Of a DNA stretch of 15,061 nucleotides, positions 9,057-15,061 are shown piece by piece. The position numbers and the translations under genes are program-made. Origin of the DNA: Fibrobacterales bacterium (GTDB lineage: Bacteria > Fibrobacterota > Fibrobacteria > Fibrobacterales > JAOPTW01). The DNA lies in assembly GCA_051532035.1 (NCBI GenBank), contig JAOPTW010000082.1, positions 1-15,061 of the forward strand, written 5' to 3'. The stretch's first letter is position 1. Each line of letters begins with the position of its first letter. The notes under the pieces are model-generated. The model was not told where the DNA came from. It did not search any database and saw only the letters and a program-made list of their open reading frames with translations.

Positions 9057-9447
9057 GTTACACTCTTCCTTTATTCTGATGTATTAATTTGTATGAAGCA
9101 ATAATATCAATTGAAATGAGGGGAAATGTAATTGTGAACAGGAAAACACAATTCAATATTAAAGAACACATTTGGCTTTGAATTGTGAATAAATATTCAT
9201 AATTCTCATTAACCGAGCGTTCGCAAGTTGGCGAACGACACTTGTCTATTGGGCTAATCAGCGAGGATATTTTTGACAAAACATTTTTAATTTTGTCACT
9301 GATCACTGGTATAAGGCGCTTGCCTTAGGTGTACGCAAAACAACTTAATAAAAGGAAATAGAATGAAAAAAATATTTACAATGATGGGTATGAAGTTTAC
9401 AGAAGTGACTTGCTTTACTTAATCTTTAACAGTGAACGAGTGACTCT

Positions 9448-11559
9448 CTATTCAAATACATCACCGGCCTCACCATGAGCCTCACGAATAATAGAGCGGA
9501 TAAGAAGCCCAGAATCGGTTAGGTCACTTTTAGCCCAGCCGCCTTCTGGTGATGCATCTAAAACGAGGGCAGAGTTCTCGTCAACTTTATCGCTTATTGC
9601 CCAATTACACCAACTCATTTTTTGCTGACTCATCCATGCAACTGTCTCTTCTGCATTCGCTGTCGATACTTCGACTGTGCCTGTATAATCAGCGGCCCCC
9701 CAAGAACTTATGAAAATAGGGAAGTCTGCATCATACGCTTCATTGGCAGTAGCTCTATTTGATTGCATATTGTTTGCTGTATAGAAATGCATAGATGCTG
9801 ATATATTGTTTGTTGGGTCACTTATAATACCGGCATTTGCAGCATGGACAATTTCTATTGGGTTTGAAGACCACACTGAATTCCCTAAAATGATATGATT
9901 TTTTGTGTCTATTCCTCTGATAGCTTGCAGAACATCTTGTTGATGGCTCAGAATTTTTTGGTGATCATAATTAGGGTTTTCTGGATACTTGCAATTTGAT
10001 TGGTCCACACAAGGTATTGTGGGCTCACTAAAGAGCTCATATATAATGTTGGGATAGTCCTTATATTCTGTAGCAATACCTTCAAAAAAGTCTATAGCTT
10101 CCACGGTGTGTTCATCGGCTCGATGATCTTCCCAATTAACGATTACGTATATACCAAGCTTGATCGCTGTATTAATGACCTTGATAATCTTTGCTTTTTC
10201 AATAGTAGGGTTTTGAATGTATCCGCTTGGATCAGGATTACCATTGTCATCGACATCTTCTTCGCGCGTTCCAAGGGCAGTACGAATTACATCTATCTTC
10301 CAATCTTTTACCAACCATTCTACAAGGGGTTCGTTATAGAATGATCCGCCAAGCTCTGGGCCCCATTGACTATGGAATAGGCTTACACCGAGTAGTTGTA
10401 CTTCTTCACCATTAGCACAGGTTAAATTATTGCCATTTGTCATAATAAACCCGCAACTATGTACAATGCTGCCTGGCGGGTTTTCAGTATAAATGAGAGA
10501 ACTGCTGCTCATAACGCTACTGCTGCTCATAACGCTACTACTACTCATAACACTGCTACTGCTGACCGGTTGAGCCTTTGAACTTGATGAACGGGCTATT
10601 GCCGATGATGAAGAGGGACGTACTGAAGAGCTTTGCTGTTTTGAAGAAGAACTTTTTTCTGTTACAGACGAGGGTAGTTTGCTCTCTGATGACTTCTCTT
10701 CAGTGCGTTTTTCTTGACTTGAAAATGTGGCGGAAGAGCTTTCTGAGGGGAGTGGGGTTTCAGATGATTCTGGTAGAGAAACTTCACTGGATGGCTCCAA
10801 AGGCTCCGCAAATGAGTTGAATTCTGTGTCGGTAGATGATTCTTGGTCATCTTCGGATGATAATTCGGTCTGTAATAAATCTGAGATGTCTAATTTTGTA
10901 TCTATTTCAGAAAGGAGGGCCACATAGGTAGGTGAGTCATTGGCTAAGAGGGTTGCAATTGTTTCTGAATCCGCTCTAGGACTCTTCATACAGGCGCTAT
11001 AAAATCCTTCTAAGTGATCCCAATCGACCCCTTGCTCTATAATATATTCTGCCATAATGCTGTTGAATAGAGTAGAGGCTTTAAGGCTTTCAATGTCAAT
11101 GTCTCTATTGAGTAATTGTGTATGATACTCAGAGAGCGCCTCTTGAACTGAGTGATGTATGGCGTCTTTGCCGACAGTAACCTTTGAGTCATCCATGATA
11201 AACTCAGTTTTTTTATGCACTATGGGAACATCATATGAATAGATGGTATAGGTGACCGCTATTGACGCATCTTTATGAGCAGTAATAGAAATGGGGATTG
11301 AATAGCCATCGGCTGTTTTAAACTGAGCAAGCTCTTTAGAGTTATAGGTTTGAGTGAGTACGGATGAATCATCGATACGTTGCTCTAATTCTATAGCCGA
11401 TAGGGGGAGAGATTCTGTTTCGTCTTCTATTTCAATCTCTATTTGGTAGTCGCGAATAGTGGTCGTTGGGGTTATATTGCAGTTTACGCATATGAAGGCA
11501 ATAAATAGAATGAGAGTATAAAGAGATACTCTTTGAGTAATGAGGGGGGTATTGGTCAT
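9448..11559 (-). CDS. Probable lipoprotein: unknown N-terminal domain, Ser-rich linker and a GH5 subfamily-2-like barrel lacking the catalytic nucleophile
   Basis: Hydrophobic N-terminus ending ICVNC (C27, non-canonical lipobox). Poly-Ser linker. GH5_2 hallmarks QLLGVSLF, WLVKDW..VIRTA, AIKLGIYVIV, YPNIIYEL, MHFY, SWCNWAISDK..SAL, LTDSG. The active-site motifs read NWEDH, FSEP and FISSWG. The ORF is uninterrupted. Confidence 0.88.
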   Translation of the reverse strand: MTNTPLITQRVSLYTLILFIAFICVNCNITPTTTIRDYQIEIEIEDETESLPLSAIELEQRIDDSSVLTQTYNSKELAQFKTADGYSIPISITAHKDASIAVTYTIYSYDVPIVHKKTEFIMDDSKVTVGKDAIHHSVQEALSEYHTQLLNRDIDIESLKASTLFNSIMAEYIIEQGVDWDHLEGFYSACMKSPRADSETIATLLANDSPTYVALLSEIDTKLDISDLLQTELSSEDDQESSTDTEFNSFAEPLEPSSEVSLPESSETPLPSESSSATFSSQEKRTEEKSSESKLPSSVTEKSSSSKQQSSSVRPSSSSAIARSSSSKAQPVSSSSVMSSSSVMSSSSVMSSSSLIYTENPPGSIVHSCGFIMTNGNNLTCANGEEVQLLGVSLFHSQWGPELGGSFYNEPLVEWLVKDWKIDVIRTALGTREEDVDDNGNPDPSGYIQNPTIEKAKIIKVINTAIKLGIYVIVNWEDHRADEHTVEAIDFFEGIATEYKDYPNIIYELFSEPTIPCVDQSNCKYPENPNYDHQKILSHQQDVLQAIRGIDTKNHIILGNSVWSSNPIEIVHAANAGIISDPTNNISASMHFYTANNMQSNRATANEAYDADFPIFISSWGAADYTGTVEVSTANAEETVAWMSQQKMSWCNWAISDKVDENSALVLDASPEGGWAKSDLTDSGLLIRSIIREAHGEAGDVFE
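10501..10554. repeat. 18-bp tandem repeat x3 encoding (SSSSVM)n in the Ser-rich linker
   Basis: actgctgctcataacgct / actgctgctcataacgct / actactactcataacact. Confidence 0.9.
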
Positions 11560-11601
11560 GTATGGTGTGTATCGCTCTAGGGGGTATGGTGTGTCATATT
11601 T

Positions 11602-11629
11602 AGTATATAAAGAGGGTGGTTTGGTTCAA
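11602..11629 (-). promoter_or_regulatory. Possible sigma70-like promoter for the GH5-like gene
   Basis: Minus strand TTGAAC (11629-11624), 16-nt spacer, TATACT (11607-11602), about 42 nt upstream of the ATG. Confidence 0.3.
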
Positions 11630-11806
11630 AAAGAGTGGGGTTATTTTATTTTGACCTAGTGCTCTAGAATATAGTGGGAGAGTTATTATAGTGGCTGAAC
11701 ATATGAGACAGCCGAAACCGATATTTTAGTGAGATATATCCGCCATTTCCCTCGTTACGTTTCTAAAATATACTTCATCAGGCGTGGAATCATCAAAACT
11801 CCATCA

Positions 11807-12832
11807 TTACATTGACACATACCGGTCACAACGACGATACCCTTCTGGATAGTCTTTACAATAGGCGGTAAAGAGATTGGTGTAACACTCTTCCAGTGTA
11901 TCTAAATCGACATCAATTTCACACTCAGGCTCGCTCATCCAGTTATGGGGAGTCTCGTGTGTCTCGGTGCAGGATATATTGTTATAGGTATAGGTCATGC
12001 TCTCTATGAACGCTTTATCGGTAACGTCATATGCTTTGGTATGCTTGAGTCCGTTTTTAACATATGAGTAGCTATTGCAGTCTTCTAGAATGATTCCCGG
12101 TTGCATGTAAGGAACATTTAAGAAGTCTTCGAGGTAGCAGCTGAACTCAACGACAACTGTTTCAATAAAGGTATCCTCTTCAAACTCAATGGTTCTCTCT
12201 TCTTTATAGATGTCAACTTCTTCTATCTCAACCTGATTCTCCTGGCACCAGTTTGCATCATCTAGAACGGCCTTTTTATCGATAAATTCCCAGCTCCCCT
12301 CAAGGTCGCTTTGGTCTCCTTTGAATATATCATGTTCGCAGCGCTCTTGCGACCAGTAGAGGGTAGAGTCTGTTATAGTAATCTCATCATGTCGGCTACT
12401 GTTGGTATCGGGAACAGCAACCCCGTTTGAACACCAGAAACGGGGAGTGGTGTAGGAGAGGTCTCCATCATCATCTATGGTGTAGTAACTTTTTTTAGTC
12501 GATGTGTAGGTATGGGTATAGTCCGAGCGTAATTTAAGGTTCATGAGTTTGCTGCGTGCAGCTTCGTATTTGTTTTTAAGGCGTATACACTTTGCCCCTT
12601 CACACTCGTTGTCATTGTCGAATGAGAGAGTATAGTCACTACCGGTAATATCCAGGTCTGTCTTTGCCTGAATTAATGGACGAAAAGGATTGAGTTTATC
12701 TGTCTGACTCTTTTGATCAGTGGGTTGCGCCTGTTGAGTATTGGAGCCTGAATTGCTGTCGGTAAGGTCGCATGATGTGCAGAGTAAGAGTGATGCCGTT
12801 ACTGCTAAAGAAAAAAGTGTATTGTAGGTCAT
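11807..12832 (-). CDS. Hypothetical Cys-rich acidic lipoprotein
   Basis: 341-aa ORF. Signal peptide with lipobox-like LLCTSC (C21), a polar tether, and 12 further Cys in the mature part. No family motif recognised. Confidence 0.8.
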   Translation of the reverse strand: MTYNTLFSLAVTASLLLCTSCDLTDSNSGSNTQQAQPTDQKSQTDKLNPFRPLIQAKTDLDITGSDYTLSFDNDNECEGAKCIRLKNKYEAARSKLMNLKLRSDYTHTYTSTKKSYYTIDDDGDLSYTTPRFWCSNGVAVPDTNSSRHDEITITDSTLYWSQERCEHDIFKGDQSDLEGSWEFIDKKAVLDDANWCQENQVEIEEVDIYKEERTIEFEEDTFIETVVVEFSCYLEDFLNVPYMQPGIILEDCNSYSYVKNGLKHTKAYDVTDKAFIESMTYTYNNISCTETHETPHNWMSEPECEIDVDLDTLEECYTNLFTAYCKDYPEGYRRCDRYVSM

Positions 12833-12977
12833 AGTGGCTGCTGTCTATTAGGGGTGTTTGTGAAATAAAGATACTAACATTTTGGTGTGGATTGGTTTTA
12901 GGTATTTGAAGATACTAGTATCCTCCCATTTTTAACCGATAATGGTACTGATACTGCTACAGGTTTATCTATTAAGC

Positions 12978-13013
12978 GATATATTGAGTGATATATTGAG
13001 TGATATATTGAGG
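12978..13013. repeat. 12-bp tandem repeat GATATATTGAG(T/G) x3 in the divergent intergenic region
   Basis: gatatattgagt gatatattgagt gatatattgagg read directly. Confidence 0.9.
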
Positions 13014-13036
13014 TTTATCACCAATACAGCCCTTTT

Positions 13037-13089
13037 ATTGTAAATAATTGTAAATGATAGTGTCATAACGACACTTTAGTGTCTTTACA
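13037..13089. promoter_or_regulatory. Candidate operator cluster upstream of the intact GH5 gene
   Basis: ATTGTAAAT direct repeat (13037, 13047) and three alternating AGTGTC/GACACT half-sites (13059, 13070, 13078). Confidence 0.35.
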
Positions 13090-13152
13090 GTATATATTAA
13101 TACAGCACACGTCACATATCACATATATTGAACGAGTATCAAGGGGAAACAA

Positions 13153-14622
13153 ATGTACCTATTTGTTGTTATATCATATTTTTTAATAACCATGGTGTTA
13201 TTTGTAGGGTGTACCTCACCCGATTCTTTATCAATTGAGGCGGTTAATGACACCGAGGAACAGATGGGATCAACAGAGTCTGATTCAGGAGAAAGAGATT
13301 CAGAAAAGGATACCCAAAAGAGTAGTGATCAATCGATCTCGGTACCCCATAAAACGGATAGTACTCCCCATGAGAAAAATCAGGACGAACCAGAAGAATT
13401 AGAAGATATTGAATCCTCCACAAGTAACGAATCAGAAAAACAAGAAGAACATTATGACGAGATAGACCTGGATCAGTTTGATGTTGATGCAGGAACACGA
13501 AAATATATTGAACAATATATAGAGGATCAAAAGGCTCAAGGGAACTATGACCGTGATAAGGTGCTTGCAAGTATTGAGGGGTATCTTGAGAGTCGGGAAG
13601 AGGACGAGGAAGAGGAAGAAAATAATACTGCTGAGAATGATACTCCTGAACAACCGGCACCTCCTGCGAAAGATGAGAGTAGAAATGCTGAGTGGGGCGA
13701 TGAGGACCCCAACCGTTCTTTTAAAGCTGTTTCAAACTGGGATATGGCTGCGCGAATGGGGAAGGGCATCAATATGGGTAACACACTCGAAGCTCCTACT
13801 GAAGGGGCTTGGGCAAAAGCTGCTGAGCCGTACTTTTTTGATGATTACAAAAACAATGGGTTTAAAAATGTGAGAATACCCATAAAATGGGGGAATCATA
13901 TTGATGGAAACGGAACCATAGACAAGGGATTTATGGATAGAGTGGAGCAAGTCGTTGATTGGTCGCTTTCACGCGGATTGGTTACCATTATCAATGCGCA
14001 TCATGAGAACTGGGTTATTGATAACTACTGGGGCAACAAAGACAAACTCTTCTATATCTGGAGTCAGGTTGCAGATCGTTTTAAAGGTAAAAATGAGAAT
14101 CTGGTTTTTGAGCTGTTTAATGAACCACGAGGCGCAATGGGCGCTGGTGAAGTGACTGATATGAATCATGCGCTATTCCCGAGCATACGCTCTACAAACC
14201 CTCAGAGGGTTATTATTGCAGGTGCTGGGAACTGGGGGCACTGGAATGACCTCTATAATGTTTCTTTCCCCATTGATGACTATACTATGGTGCAGTTTCA
14301 CTACTACGATCCGATTTCGTTTACTCATGAGTTTGAGTATGCTTGGTGGAGTCATGGGCAGATTTGGTCTGACATGGACACGATATTAGCATGGGTGCAA
14401 GGAACACTCGGTATCCCGGCCTATTGTGGCGAGTTTGGTGTTATGCACAGCAGCAATGACAAACCGCGCGATTGGGGTGCGGCTGTGGCCTATTATGATA
14501 TTGTAACCAGTGCACTCAAAAAATGGAACACCCCTTATTCTGTTTGGGATGATGCCGGTTGGTTTGGGATATATGACCGGAACGGTCGGTCGTTTAATGA
14601 TATTGCTGGTAAGTTGCATTAG
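13153..14622 (+). CDS. Lipoprotein GH5 endoglucanase-like glycoside hydrolase (resembles GH5_25/GH5_4 enzymes) with an acidic N-terminal linker
   Basis: Lipobox LFVGC (C20) and RBS AAGGGG. GH5 motifs MGKGINMGNTLEAP, GFKNVRIPIKW, IINAHHE, FELFNEP (acid/base E324), QFHYYDP, CGEFG (nucleophile E427), WDDAG. All catalytic residues are present. Confidence 0.93.
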   Translation: MYLFVVISYFLITMVLFVGCTSPDSLSIEAVNDTEEQMGSTESDSGERDSEKDTQKSSDQSISVPHKTDSTPHEKNQDEPEELEDIESSTSNESEKQEEHYDEIDLDQFDVDAGTRKYIEQYIEDQKAQGNYDRDKVLASIEGYLESREEDEEEEENNTAENDTPEQPAPPAKDESRNAEWGDEDPNRSFKAVSNWDMAARMGKGINMGNTLEAPTEGAWAKAAEPYFFDDYKNNGFKNVRIPIKWGNHIDGNGTIDKGFMDRVEQVVDWSLSRGLVTIINAHHENWVIDNYWGNKDKLFYIWSQVADRFKGKNENLVFELFNEPRGAMGAGEVTDMNHALFPSIRSTNPQRVIIAGAGNWGHWNDLYNVSFPIDDYTMVQFHYYDPISFTHEFEYAWWSHGQIWSDMDTILAWVQGTLGIPAYCGEFGVMHSSNDKPRDWGAAVAYYDIVTSALKKWNTPYSVWDDAGWFGIYDRNGRSFNDIAGKLH

Positions 14623-14846
14623 GTGGAGGTTACTTTCGTAATCAAAAGGTGAATTAAGATTGTATAGATAAGATGTGATTAATTTGCACATCTTCAACCA
14701 TTGTATCAGCTAACACCCTTATCTACAAAGCCTAACATCTATATGTCCCCCCAGGTCAAGTAAACACACATCCGTACTCAACTACAACTCAGTCAATGTG
14801 TTGTGTAGGTTATTAAAATCCACTACCCCAATCACTCTATTTCTCT

Positions 14847-15059
14847 CTATCTGAATTCAGTGGTTCTATCGACATTAAATACACTATTAAAACTGTACAA
14901 TCCCCATTCTACAACTGTAAATCCGGTACGATCAAATGCAGGTATTGATGGTTGGGGAATCTCTCGGTATTCATCTACAAGTTCTATATAGAGAAATACT
15001 CTGAGGAGTGCATCTGGTGCAGGATCAATAGTGAGGGTATTAAATTGATCAAGGTCTTC
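14847..15059 (-). CDS. 3' end of a conserved hypothetical protein (KPVIYLYP...VVEWGG-type family), truncated by the window edge
   Basis: Hand translation from the right edge: EDLDQFNTLTIDPAPDALLRVFLYIELVDEYREIPQPSIPAFDRTGFTVVEWGLYSFNSVFNVDRTTEFR*, stop TAG at 14849-14847. The L-x-I-x-P-x-PD-x2-RVF...R-x-GFTVVEWG pattern matches my recollection of a widespread uncharacterised family. Absent from the ORF track because the start lies outside the window. Confidence 0.75.
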   Translation of the reverse strand, partial: EDLDQFNTLTIDPAPDALLRVFLYIELVDEYREIPQPSIPAFDRTGFTVVEWGLYSFNSVFNVDRTTEFR

Positions 15060-15061
15060 CA

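Noticed and set aside
9058..9306. 82-aa minus-strand ORF upstream of the CSLREA gene
   Set aside because: AT-rich, no recognisable motif or RBS, and it overlaps palindromic regulatory-looking DNA. It cannot be fully excluded as a leader ORF.
9301..9345. ACGCAAAAC resembling a c-di-GMP-I riboswitch fragment
   Set aside because: It is on the wrong strand for the downstream gene and lacks the GGCAAA and GNRA-stem elements.
7254..10927. Short ORFs overlapping the CSLREA and GH5-like genes
   Set aside because: Shadow ORFs of long motif-supported genes with no independent evidence.
9448..11559. Calling the GH5-like gene a pseudogene or a sequencing error
   Set aside because: The frame is intact over 703 codons, scaffold motifs are conserved, and the key substitutions need multiple base changes.
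12978..13013. Possible CRISPR array or replication iterons
   Set aside because: Units are only 12 bp, contiguous and lack spacers. No cas or rep gene is present in the window.
13244..14697. Antisense and alternative-frame ORFs over the intact GH5 gene
   Set aside because: Explained by the purine-rich low-complexity coding sequence on the + strand.

Overview
Bacterial genomic window with no rRNA, tRNA, CRISPR array or mobile element that I can detect. Left to right: the 3' end of an unknown + strand gene, then twin hairpins. On the minus strand follow an OmpR/BaeR-type response regulator, translationally coupled to a 1801-aa Ser/Thr kinase-AAA ATPase-GAF-histidine kinase whose output core looks BaeS-like; a secreted CSLREA/beta-helix/choice-of-anchor-Q protein with a C-terminal ricin-B (CBM13) lectin; a probable lipoprotein with a Ser-rich linker and a GH5_2-like barrel; and a Cys-rich lipoprotein. 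After a repeat-rich divergent intergenic region come an intact GH5 endoglucanase-like lipoprotein (+) and the 3' end of a minus-strand 'VVEWG'-motif protein that the ORF track missed. The top observation is that the GH5_2-like protein is full length but has lost its catalytic nucleophile (FISSWG instead of F-x-[TS]-E-W-G) and two other conserved active-site residues (NEP to SEP, DWH to NWE), so it is a candidate pseudo-cellulase or altered-mechanism enzyme lying near an intact GH5. The Ser-rich linkers, lipoproteins and GH5s suggest Fibrobacterota-like polysaccharide degraders (inference only).
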